A stretch of DNA of 62,686 nt, the filler included, from Circinaria calcarea (Eukaryota), in the NCBI GenBank assembly GCA_051942165.1. It is 26 parts of 26 records of this genome, joined end to end, with 100 filler letters (N's around TTAATTAATTAA, not from the genome) between each part and the next. Parts side by side here need not be neighbours in the genome. Positions count along the whole stretch, not along the records: positions 24,231 to 26,547 come from JAVECS010003659.1; positions 26,648 to 28,963 come from JAVECS010003660.1; positions 29,064 to 31,378 come from JAVECS010003661.1; positions 31,479 to 33,792 come from JAVECS010003662.1; positions 33,893 to 36,206 come from JAVECS010003663.1; positions 36,307 to 38,618 come from JAVECS010003664.1; 20 more parts are not named here. One strand, 5' to 3'. A program made the translations under genes and the position numbers. This document shows positions 25,626 to 36,519 of this stretch, in pieces; position 1 is the stretch's first letter; each line of letters starts with the position of its first letter. Under the pieces are notes generated by a model that saw only the letters and a program-made list of their open reading frames with translations, made no database searches and was not told the origin of the DNA.

Positions 25626-27063
25626 ATACCTTGGCGCTCCCCATTCTAGACGGTACTCCCTCATCGCAAGGATGCTCCCTTCCTGTGCTCTTGTATTGCC
25701 TGGTTGAACCCCTCTTCCTACGCAGACTTTTCAACTTGTACACCCTCTTCTCGACTAGAGAAACCCGAGTTTGATACTTAACTACCTCCCAACACCTCGC
25801 TTACCACTGTCATAAGGACACTGGACAATTGCCGCCGCCGCGTTCGAGGCACTCGGACCCAAAAGTCTCCTTTCCTCCTGCACAATTTTTAGATGTGGAA
25901 TTTGGCCTACCGAGGTAAAGGAATGGGAAAAGATATTCAAAAACTCAGGCTAGGCTCAGAGTTGTGCAATAGAATATATATCCCCAGCCCACTACTCCAC
26001 ATGCAACTCCTGAATCGAGCACCCTAGCAAAATCACAAATGTTCATCCTCGCGATATCCCCACTCTCCCTCACACAAAGTAAACCGAGAAGCCTGACTAC
26101 TCCGCAGACAGATGACCATTCACTCCACCCCCAATACCCCGATCCCAACCAACCCGCTTGCCAAACACCCAAACTCCCGCAGAAATCATCCACGACCCAA
26201 CTCTCACCAACGCGGACATTATCCCATCCCCCATCTTTCGGGGAAGTTCCCTCTTCCCTGAGGAAGGAGGAGCAGGAGTCCCTTGAGGAGCGAATTCCAC
26301 CGCGAAAACAAACCTCCCCTCCCCTTCCCTTCCCTTTCTCCACCCTGATGAGAGAACCCCACTAGCCAACATCCAACCAAAGGTCAATAAATGCTCTGTA
26401 GAACCTTTGGGGGAAGAAAGCCCATTCAAATGAATGACCACTATGAAAGCCCGTTCATCTGTTACATGTCCCATCGAGTATCTATCCTTATCTTTATCCT
26501 CATCCTTATCCTCATCGATCGAATCTCCCTATTCCCCATCCCATCCCNNNNNNNNNNNNNNNNNNNNNNNNNNNNNNNNNNNNNNNNNNNNTTAATTAAT
26601 TAANNNNNNNNNNNNNNNNNNNNNNNNNNNNNNNNNNNNNNNNNNNNTAGTATGAACCCAGAAGATCCCTTATTTATGCAAGAGTTACATTTCATCCGAT
26701 GTTTACAAGGCGTTGTGCGTGTTGAAGCTTCTACACCCCGTCTCATGTGGGCGAGTGGTACGAGGCACCTCTTGGATATTAATTGTCTCTGATCGGCATT
26801 TGGTTGTACTTTGAGTACTCCGTGACTGCCTCGGATAACCTTCTGTTTGCTGAGAATTATTAAACCCCCGCACCGCTCCCATCACCCCCGCATATTGATC
26901 CGGACATCCCCAAAGTCACGTAGTAACTTTAGATTCTTTAGTTTCTAGAGGAATAGGGTGGATAGCTTGCAATATCTACGTGAAGAACTCAGTGAACCTC
27001 ACATGGTCATGCCGCTGATCCATTGACTGTTCTGACCGCATTTCGGAGACTTTCCCCATAGGC

Positions 27064-28963
27064 ATGGCTTCCCGACAGTTTCTTTCCAAATCAACTCGAA
27101 TCCTTACATCTAGAACTTTAGCTCCCCCGCCAACTACTGCTTTCCCTAACCAGCTATACGGCTTGAGAAAGGGTCCTTTATCTACGAGATGTCTTCATTC
27201 TACCACACCACTTTTGAGTCCTGCTGCAACAACCACGGCCGCCACGACCAAACAAGACTATCGGACAAGCCATGAATACATTCAATCACCAGTCGACACT
27301 CAGAACTTCATAGACAATCAGTTTGTCCCCTCTAAGGCTTCTACTTGGATCGACCTCCATGATCCGGCAACCAACAATCTCGTCACCCGCGTCCCCCAAA
27401 GTACAGACGAAGAACTCCGTGCAGCGGTCAAGAGCGCAAAGAAAGCCTTTCCAGCATGGCGGGCAACAAGCATTCTTCACAAGCAGCAAATCATGTTTAA
27501 ATTCGTGGCATTGATAAGGGAGCATTGGGATCGTTTGGCTGCTAGTATAACGCTGGAGCAGGGAAAGACATTTGCGGATGCAAAGGGGGATGTTCTGAGG
27601 GGCTTGCAAGTGGCGGAGACGGCTTGTGGTATCACCACGCAGTTACCGGGAGAGGTCTTGGAAGTAGCAAAGGATATGGAGACTAGGAGCTATAGAGAAC
27701 CCCTGGGGGTGGTAGCGGCAATATCTCCCTTCAGTACGTCCTATTTGGCCTGTTTGGGGAATTCTCACTTAATACGTCTCTAGACTTTCCTGCTATGATT
27801 CCTCTCTGGTCGATGGCAATTGCGACAGTTACCGGCAACACCCTTATCCTCAAGCCTTCAGAACGAGATCCCGGTGCGGCAATGATCCTTGCCGAACTCA
27901 CCCAGAAAGCTGGGTTTCCAGATGGAGTTGTCAACATTGTCCACGGATCTGCCAAGACCGTTGATTTCATCATAGATGAGCCTACGATCAAGGCTATTAG
28001 CTTTGTTGGGAGCAACAAGGCAGGCGAGTACATCTATACCCGCGCTTCTGCTCAGGGAAAGCGAGTACAAGCCAACTTGGGCGCAAAGAATCATGCTGCA
28101 GTCATGCCAGATTGCAATAAGAATCACGCCCTCAATGCTATTGCTGGCGCTGCCTTTGGTGCTGCTGGACAGCGATGCATGGCACTAAGTACGTTGGTGA
28201 TGGTTGGTGAGACCAAGGAATGGGTCGGTGAGATCGCCGAACGGGCAAAGAAGTTAAATGTCAATGGTGGATTTGAAGAGGGCGCAGATCTTGGTCCAGT
28301 CATCAGTCCGCAGAGTAAGGAGCGAATCGAATCACTTATCACCAGTGCAGAAGAGGAAGGAGCAACCATATTGCTAGATGGAAGAGGTTACAAGCCTGAA
28401 AAGTACCCCAATGGTAATTTTGTAAGTACTCGAAACTGTAAACTTTTACACCGTAGAAGAACAGAGCTGAGAATCGACATCAGATCGGCCCTACTGTGAT
28501 CACAAACGTCAAACCGCACATGAAATGCTACACCGAAGAGATTTTCGGCCCCGTCCTCGTCTGCCTCTCTGCTCCCACCCTCGACGACGCCATCTCCCTC
28601 ATCAACGCCAATGAATACGGCAACGGTGTCGCCATCTTTACCCGCTCCGGCAGTACCGCCACCCGCTTCCAAAAAGATATCGAAGCCGGTCAAGTCGGTA
28701 TCAACGTGTAAGATTTCCCCTTTTGCCCGAAACCACCAAGGTCCCGAAAACTCACCTGCTAACATGGACCCATCTGTAGACCGATACCGGTACCCTTGCC
28801 CATGTTCTCCTTTACGGGGAACAAAAAGAGCGTGGCGGGCGGCGGCGCCAATACCTTTTACGGCAAGCCCGGGTTGAACTTTTACACCCAGACGAAGACG
28901 GTGACGAGTCTCTGGCGGAGCGAGGATGCGGGCGTGGGGGAGAAGAGTGTGGATATGCCGACG
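27064..28963 (+). CDS. mmsA: Mitochondrial methylmalonate-semialdehyde dehydrogenase (ALDH6); introns 27734-27783, 28422-28483, 28708-28779; last codons cut off
   Basis: TLEQGKTFADAKGDVLRGLQV, PFNFPAMIPLW, RVQANLGAKNH, AAFGAAGQRCMALS, EEIFGPV and GINVPIPVPLPMFSFTG. Confidence 0.96.
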
Positions 28964-29269
28964 NNNNNNNNNNNNNNNNNNNNNNNNNNNNNNNNNNNNN
29001 NNNNNNNTTAATTAATTAANNNNNNNNNNNNNNNNNNNNNNNNNNNNNNNNNNNNNNNNNNNNATATATTATTATTTTATTATTAAATATATATATTATG
29101 CCGATAGGATAAAACCCCTATATAATAATTGGTAGCATTTCGAGCGATCAGACTTTCAAAAAGTTATCAGGAGATTTTTCCACCAGATCTCCGGAGAAAA
29201 TTTACCCACCACGCCCAAAAACGAGCTAAATCCCACTCAACACGGTCACCAAACCTCCTCCGACCTCCC

Positions 29270-29930
29270 ACCCACTTCATTCGAGCACTTCATTGCAGCT
29301 TCGAATAGCATATATATAAAGAAACACGCCGAATTACAGCTAAAAACCAGCGATTTTCTCTACACGACCCTCAACCCATAACTCATTGTAAGGGCGCTGC
29401 AATCCTTGAGGCCTAATGAGGAATATGTTAAGTCTCGATTGGTGGTAGCACGGTTACATAGGGTGTAGTTGAACTGTTGCCCTAGGCTCAATAGTATGGA
29501 GTCTATTGAACACGGTATATAAGCATGCTATTCTAAAGAGAGCAGAACAGCCTGCCTATATACTATGGTTGCTCTGGTTGCTCCCGTTGCTCACAACCCG
29601 AGCACACCTGAGCATAGGGATGCTCCCTTTGCTCCCTATGGTTACACAACTGAGCAACGAGAGCATCGCTCCCACGTTGCCCCGTTCCGTCCCATAACCC
29701 TGCTAGGTCGTAGTCAGTATGGCGTGGCGCCATAACACTCATACCCACTTCTTCGAATTCTCTTAGAGAAACACGCCAAAATTGCACTAAAAAACAGCGA
29801 TTTTCTCTCTATACACGACCTCCAACATATCTATTCCCCACATAAAAAATCGACGCTTTTACTAGCTGTCTGATTAACGCGGGAAATACTATAAAATAAC
29901 GCCTAAAACCAGCAATTTCTTACCTCTATA
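29270..29930 (+). repeat. Degenerate tandem repeat in the element leader (2-3 copies, interrupted by the solo LTR)
   Basis: ACCCACTTC..CGA...GAAACACGCC.AA..T..A.CTAAAAA.CAGCGATTTTCTCT..ACACGACC at ~29270-29375 and ~29743-29826; partial third copy at ~29900. Confidence 0.75.
29387..29737 (+). mobile_element. Solo LTR (351 bp) with 5-bp TSD
   Basis: Starts TGTAAGGGCGC and ends GCGCCATAACA (imperfect terminal IR, TG..CA). CTCAT is duplicated at 29382-29386 and 29738-29742. Internal TATATAA at ~29516. Confidence 0.88.
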
Positions 29931-30078
29931 TAATATAATTCTCACCTCCACACCCAAAAATTAAACTCGCATTTAATTTCTTTTTCTTAGGGCTAAATTG
30001 CAGAGAAAAGTCGGCATACACATATAAATTCAGTGCGTAAAACGATAATTTCCCCGATTTTCAATTATTTCCACCAGA

Positions 30079-31378
30079 ATGGACGAATTACGCGACAGCA
30101 TTAATGCTTTTGAAAAAATAATGCATGCTTATTTAAGGCAGCAAGCCACTACAGCCACCATTGCTCGTTTATCGACCTTCCGTTAATAGCCATTTAGCAC
30201 ATTAAGCGCAGAGGCTATGGCCCACGCAGGCTTTACGCACACACCCACTGAGAACAAGCCTGACACAGTAACATGCATTACATGCAATACGCGGTTTCAC
30301 ACGTGGCTTTCGACTGACGTGCCGTTGAAAGGGTATTTAAAATATGGATCAAATTGCCAGCTCGCATTAAGCATAGAGCATGCGCTTAATTAACGCCGCG
30401 AATATTATGAAAATCGCTAAATTAATTAATCATTCGATGAATACTATGCAGCGAAAAAGGCAGCGGAAATAGCAGCAAAAAAGGCAATGGAAGAAGCAGA
30501 AATGGCAGCAAAAAAGGCAATATAAATAGCAGAAGAAGTGGCAAGAATAAGGTTATTTCCATACCTTACAGGGGGTAGAATGACACGACAGCAATGGCAG
30601 GAACGTGCAGTTCAGAAATACCTCACGAAACATGGTATACCATTGAGCGCATACCCGCTATCAATAGCAGCAGCACCTCCGCCATACCTAGAACAGGCAT
30701 ATGCAGTAACCGAGTCAGCATACAGTGACTCCGCCAGCGAATACGACAGTGATACTGCCTCCGAGTGCTCCGCTACGACAGCACCAACATCAGTATGCAG
30801 CGAAAGAACGGGAGAAGAGCATGGAATTAATGGCAATCAGGCTGTTAAGCAGCATATGCATAGCACGTATATATATAAGCCCACTACACGTGGCCAACAC
30901 AGCTCCATTTCGGCATGCCGAACACACGGCAACCCGGTTACGATAACCAGCAATAACACGCCCATTTCGGCTTCCAATTCAATTCGCAATTCGACCTTTC
31001 ATGCATGCCGTACATGCTACGCCCAATTCACTTCCAGAAATCGGCTTTTCGCCCACCTACGGCAACTACGCCACTCCGTCCACCACTCCGCCACTAGAAC
31101 ACCTTCCGCCACCACTACGGCACACACTCCGCCGCCTGCACGCCGCCGCCGCCAATTGGGCAAACCGTGGAGGAAGGATACACGGGACACAGGGGGTGGA
31201 ACCTCTGCATTCAGCGAGTCCTTGACCGAATTGGGTCATTGTTGCATGGAAGGAAAGCACGTGCATAGTGCAAGAAGCAGGCCATATGCCACCACTGCCA
31301 ACGAGGGCGCTGGCATTTTTTCAGGGGGGGCACTTTGTTACGGATCAGCCCTAGGCTTCCCTATCCACGGAGGATGTC
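30079..31378 (+). pseudogene. BIR domain + coiled coil + C2H2 zinc finger ORF, inactivated by RIP-type stops
   Basis: Single frame from ATG 30079 with six in-frame TAA/TAG (30184, 30187, 30391, 30418, 30427, 30523) and no frameshift. BIR: ARLSTF.*P...AEAMAHAGF......PDTVT-C-x2-C-x16-Y(H)-x6-C. Zinc finger CRTC..QFTSRNRLFAHLRQLRH at 31006-31074. Confidence 0.8.
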
Positions 31379-31478
31379 NNNNNNNNNNNNNNNNNNNNNN
31401 NNNNNNNNNNNNNNNNNNNNNNTTAATTAATTAANNNNNNNNNNNNNNNNNNNNNNNNNNNNNNNNNNNNNNNNNNNN

Positions 31479-31839
31479 CGGCCTTTTCAAATCCATGTGC
31501 TTGGATCTCTTGCCGTGCCCATTGGAGATGGTTGCTCACAACATCGATGCCCTGAACGCGCAAGCCTTTGCGGGCCATGTGCATAGCGACGTGGCCCACC
31601 CCACATCCAGCGTCCAGTATGAGAGCACCAGGCCGAAGCTCCAGAGACTCATAGAGATGGTCTTCCATCCTTCTGAGCGCGCTATTGATCGGCAAAGGCC
31701 ATTTTGTGCCCGGCTGGTAGTAACCAAAGTGCCTTGTGCCGCCCAAGAAAAGCCGATAGCCAATCCTTGACTCGAAGGCCGCGTAGTATTTCTGGAGGGA
31801 AGGATTGGAACCGATGAGCGGCTCTTTCGCGGTATGCAT
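31479..31839 (-). CDS. SAM-dependent methyltransferase (sterol 24-C-methyltransferase-like), N-terminal part
   Basis: ESRIGYRLFLGGTRHFGYY and motif I ILDAGCGVGHVA. Confidence 0.85.
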
Positions 31840-32206
31840 CACGAAAGGGATGTAGTATCGCAGGCGTCTGATGTGCAGCTATTGATAGATTTTTAGCCGT
31901 ATCTGCCAGCAGTATTATCCTAGAAGGCCGCATACCCGAAGTAGGGGCTTTCCATTGGTGTGTATATTATCAAATCTGTGTCTGTTCGCTAGGGATAGTC
32001 TTGCTGATACTTACGCAGCACAAGGGTATATCGAAGCTGTACCAGGAAGGCCGCCATTGGGCCTCGGAAGATTATAATTTCTAACCGTACCCAGGCTATT
32101 CCCCATCTGTAGCTTAGTGCACCCGTGTTGTGATGAGTGGTAACTTGAAGGTTGGAATGATAGTTTTACCTACCGCTCAAGGCCTTGAAGCTGTTGCCTG
32201 GCGAAT

Positions 32207-32760
32207 AGTTAGGAATTTTGTTATGATCGGAGAATGCTATATAGGCGCGGAATAACTATATTCCAGCCAATCCATACCCTGCTTGCGACAGAGCCCTGCC
32301 TAGCCTTACATAGCTCCATTATCATTTGGGAGGTTCAGCAAAATTCTGTAAGGGGTGTGTTATGTACGGAAGGCTGGCACTGACACCTTAAGCCTGATGT
32401 GGGAAGATCTAAGTGACAGGCCTACCATGCTGGCCCAGAATCTACGCCTCCGTATTGGTCAGAAGTGGTTCCACTAGCATAACATAGCTCCGTTGTTAAT
32501 AACATTGGAGCTACGTAAAGCTAGACTGGGGCTCCCTCCGGAGCAGGGTACAGATTGGCTGGGAGTACAGTTATTCCGCGCCTGCCTAACATTCTCCGAG
32601 CATAACAAAACTTCCCAATTCTACAACGGAGCTATGTTACACTAGCTGGCTTGTTCTGACCAATACGAGGATATAGATTCTAGGCTAGTAAGGCTAGCCT
32701 GCTGCTTGGACTTTACGATATTAAGTTTAGGGTCTCGGTGCCGGGCTGCCGCACACAACG
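32207..32760. repeat. Interleaved inverted-repeat array A-B-A'-B'
   Basis: 32207-32322 aligns with the reverse complement of 32501-32620, and 32358-32496 with the reverse complement of 32623-32760. All four share an ACRTAGCTCC end. Confidence 0.8.
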
Positions 32761-32769
32761 AATTTCTTA

Positions 32770-32962
32770 TCCCTTAAACTGTTGCTCATACGGATAGAAC
32801 CGTGCACGCTATACTAGTAGGGGGGGTTTTAGTTTCCCTGCACAAATTACTGTGTAAATGGGCATTTCTTCTCCGTTGATTGGCCAGAATTAAGTTTTTA
32901 TTAGTGCCCGAAACCCCCTGTACCGTGCACGGTTCTGTCCGTATGAGCAACAGTTTAAGGGA
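32770..32962. mobile_element. MITE (193 bp) with TA target duplication
   Basis: 39-bp TIRs TCCCTTAAACTGTTGCTCATACGGAYAGAACCGTGCACG at 32770-32808 and 32924-32962 (one mismatch); TA at 32768-32769 and 32963-32964. Confidence 0.85.
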
Positions 32963-33330
32963 TAGAATCCACCGAAACCTCCCCAGTCTTTGCTCTATCC
33001 ATCGCCTCAATCTGTACTATCCTCCTTGGGCGTAACTCGTCAAACGATGCCGGAAAGACGTTTCGGTAACCGACGAGCCGACGAGCCGAATTATCCAACG
33101 TCAGCAGCGAAGGCGTTCAATCTTCAATTCGCAGATGAGCTTGATAGAGAAACCCTAGTCTAATAAGTATTAGAAGGGTTCCTCGTAGTGGTTTATAGAT
33201 TGGAATTATTGCATAGACTTGCGCCAAAGCTTATCACTACCAGAATTGGAAGACGAAGGAGATGCCAGTAAACTAATTGCTATTCCACGGCAGTGAACGG
33301 GTGCTGCCTAACCCGATTACCTCGAGAACT

Positions 33331-33477
33331 ATGGGCCGACTCCCTCGTATCGCCTGCTTCCACGGTGGCGGATCCAACGGCGAAATCTATGCCTTTCAAT
33401 GCGTCCGCTTGCAGGACCGCCTGTATACGGCACTCACCTTTAACCCTGGAAATTTGCTCCAAAGGTTACGTCTTTAG
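33331..33477 (+). pseudogene. FSH1/CtnB-type serine hydrolase N-terminal fragment
   Basis: MGRLPRIACFHGGGSNGEIYAFQCVRLQ matches the family N-terminus; no GFSQG-containing continuation seen. Confidence 0.55.
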
Positions 33478-34351
33478 GAACTTCGGTACCCAGAACAGCC
33501 TTTCTGCATTAACTTGCGTACATGCATCTCCTAGTATTGATTGACTTGCTGTTGATGGCACTGTGGGCTCTACGGAGTCGGACTTGTATTGGGCATTTCG
33601 ATGCTCGGTACTCGTCCACCTTGAGCAATGTCCGCAACGTTACTGCTGCCAGGCGATCCTCGGACGAGAACTTCGGTTCTCTGATGAGGTGATGGCAGTG
33701 GTACATGACTGAACACTGCCTGACTGGCTAATTTGTTGACTCTCCTAGGTGTCCCGGTATGGCCTGCTCCTGGGATAGGGGCGTCTTCCGAGNNNNNNNN
33801 NNNNNNNNNNNNNNNNNNNNNNNNNNNNNNNNNNNNTTAATTAATTAANNNNNNNNNNNNNNNNNNNNNNNNNNNNNNNNNNNNNNNNNNNNTTCTCATC
33901 TTTCAATCCAAGCCTCCCACCCTCCAGGACTGAAATTTCCAGAACTCACGGGACTTACAAACCGCAGATTATCAAAACTTAGATGACTTGAGCTCACGCC
34001 TCTCGACGTCTACTCTAGGACCCAGTGATTGCAGGACCGAAGGGATTGCCTTCCCCGAGACCTAAATCAACAACCCGCGCTTCACGGGACGGAATTCTCT
34101 AATATCTATTTCAGAAGAACCCCCATTATGGCGCTGATCTCCTCATACCTAATATGTCTAAAACTTACATACTCGGGGGTTCCGGATCTTCAGGATCCAT
34201 AGCTCCCAGCTTTCTACCGCAGGACCCGATACTCCCCCCGACCCTAGCATACGGGGGATTCAAGACCGAAGGCTGTGTTTGCCGATCTAATTGCATTGAT
34301 TTCTGATAATCATGGTAAGCCCATCATATGAAAAGGCCACATTCTGCCCTT

Positions 34352-35399
34352 CTAGCTCAGACGAATCAAGTCCACGGTTGCACAATGAGAAGCCCCCCCC
34401 CTTACCTAATGCTGTTGACATGCCTTAGCGGGCTCCATCCCTAGCTCTCGCATCCATTCCGCAAATTCGGTATCGGCCTCGTCAACGATTACTTTCCTCC
34501 CATCCAGGACTAGTACATTCATCACAAGCCAGTCTGAGCAGGTGAAAGATGGAGGGTCAAGACGTGGCGTCGGGGTGAAAGGTACTGACTGGCCTTAGGT
34601 CCCAGTCTCTCAAGATTTCGTGTTTCTTAAGCGCCGCTTCTGACACTCGGCTTGGACAGTAGATCAGGAGACCTTGTCGGAGCGGGCATATCATGGTGTC
34701 AATATGCATCGCGTGCGGATTGCCCACCTCGAGCATTTCGATCTTGTAGCCTTCTGGAATCTGCGCGCGAAGGTTTACTCGACGCCTTTAACGTTGGTAA
34801 CGTGGCTAAATTGACCCAGCAAAGTCTTGCCAAAACGCATAAAATCGGCAGCATCAAAAGTAGGACGGCTATTGCTGATGGCCCGTGCAGCGTTGTCGAC
34901 ACCGCCGCCCACCGGTCCATCGTAGATAGTGTCTGGGAGCGGTGGATTGGGGCGCCCGGATTACCCGCACAGCAGGATCCTGACCAAGCTGGTGTACCAT
35001 AGTAAAATCTTCTCAAATGCCAAAGCGATTTCATACCGGCGGCAGCGCCAGGCGTAAGCGGATTCGATAGTGTGGTTGCACATGCTCAATAAGCCATCCA
35101 GTGGCATAGCGCCTGTATAACCACCCATCCCAATCCAATCCACGTCGTCGGGCCGATAGACTTTGATGCCTTCACGTTCCCGGATAGCAGCCAGCCGATC
35201 GAGCTCCGTGCCCCGCGGCTCCCGAGATATCCTCGGGAAAAAGGGTTGTTCGGTCGAAACTCTTCCCGGTGTTAGCTCGGCATGGGTGTTTTTCGATCAT
35301 CGACGGAGGTTCGCTGGGAAAGATTAATTTGGCCCCCCCCCTCCGACAACCACGGATCGGAGGGGCGACCACTCATTTGTCGGCTGAGACCGAAGGCAT
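34352..35399 (-). pseudogene. Glycine (L-arginine) amidinotransferase pseudogene
   Basis: Across frames: VSAD.EWSPLRSVVVG, EGIKVYRP, AWRCRRYE, FDAADFMRFGKTLLGQFSHVTN.KG, HAMHID, WLVMNVLVLD and HVNSI..GF.HCATVDLIR. Many indels; no introns evident. Confidence 0.8.
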
Positions 35400-36312
35400 C
35401 TTTTCTTGGAGAAAGTCGGGCAGCTATTCTATCCAATAAGGGTTTTTCGACGGCGTGCTAAAGGGGAATTCGGAACGGGGGGTTGCCGTGAGGAGAGGAG
35501 GATTTTTCAGCTGGAGAGGGATAAATAGCATGAGGAATGTATATGGTAAGGATAGCTATGGTACTGGCGAATCGCTTATTTCATATCCGTCGTGTGTTTC
35601 TCTTATTCAACCTGATGGAACGGCAGTTGAATAGATTGATTTGCCTCCTTAGTTATGTAGTGCCAACCCCCCCCCTCCGTGACGGAACCCCCTTTTTTTT
35701 GGGGGCTTGGAGGTACCATAGAATCCTTATAGGAAGGGGAATATAGAGCGACAACCCCCCACTAATGAGGTCCTTCGAAGCCCGCCATCAACAAAACATG
35801 TCATAATGCAAGGTAGGCGAAGCACGCTTTATTAGCGTTTGAACTCAGGGGAGTTCGCTCCATAGTTTTCTAAAAGGTCAAAATCCAGTGGAAAGCCGCT
35901 AGATTCATACAGAAAGCTCTACAAGAAGGCAGCTGTGTGTTTTCTACGCAGAGCATATTCCCGCAGGTTTTTCTTTTGAAAAAAGCCCTTTTTATTCATT
36001 CGTTTTTGCTGACTCCGCTCCCGCAGCATCGAGTGGGGCAAGCAAGCTACAGGGAGGGTCACGACTATCATAAAATAAGGCCATAAGCCCCATCCATAGT
36101 AAATCGATAGCTTCAACCCCATCCATCCCCAAATCCCTTTTTCAATGCTTGGGGCACAATGTGACCGTAAGTTAAGTATTTCATCGTTTGAAACGTTTTT
36201 TTGGGGNNNNNNNNNNNNNNNNNNNNNNNNNNNNNNNNNNNNNNNNNNNNTTAATTAATTAANNNNNNNNNNNNNNNNNNNNNNNNNNNNNNNNNNNNNN
36301 NNNNNNACATAC

Positions 36313-36519
36313 CCTTCTCCAGCTCGCCCACAAAGTGATTGGTGATCTCCTTCAGCTTCGCTTGGTCTATCGTGAACAGCCTTTCTAATTCCTCGATTTG
36401 CTCAAGAAGATCCTTGGGTACATCCGCCATTGACCCTGGTTATTGAACTTATCAGACCAGAATCGCAGCTGCACGAGGATTGACGCACCCCTCCGCGACG
36501 GTGGCTTCCTGGGCCCCAT
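36313..36519 (-). CDS. HXK: Hexokinase, N-terminal exons (intron 36436-36488)
   Basis: MGPRKPPSRRGSMADVPKDLLEQIEELERLFTIDQAKLKEITNHFVGELEKG followed by a GTATGT donor. A tiny upstream exon is possible. Confidence 0.9.

Larger units (their letters stand above)
29064..31378 (+). mobile_element. Putative non-autonomous LTR retroelement: 5' LTR tail, PBS, leader, BIR-ZnF ORF, PPT, 3' LTR start
   Basis: TATAATA at 29121-29127 is CGTAACA after C>T/G>A changes, the inverse of TGTTACG at 31336. TGGTAGCA (tRNA-iMet-like PBS) at 29130; AGGGGGGG PPT at 31323-31330. The contig breaks inside both LTRs. Confidence 0.65.

Noticed and set aside
30079..31378. Calling the BIR ORF the host BIR1/survivin gene
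   Set aside because: Single BIR, C2H2 finger, no introns, RIP-type stops and PBS/PPT/LTR context do not fit two-BIR fungal Bir1.
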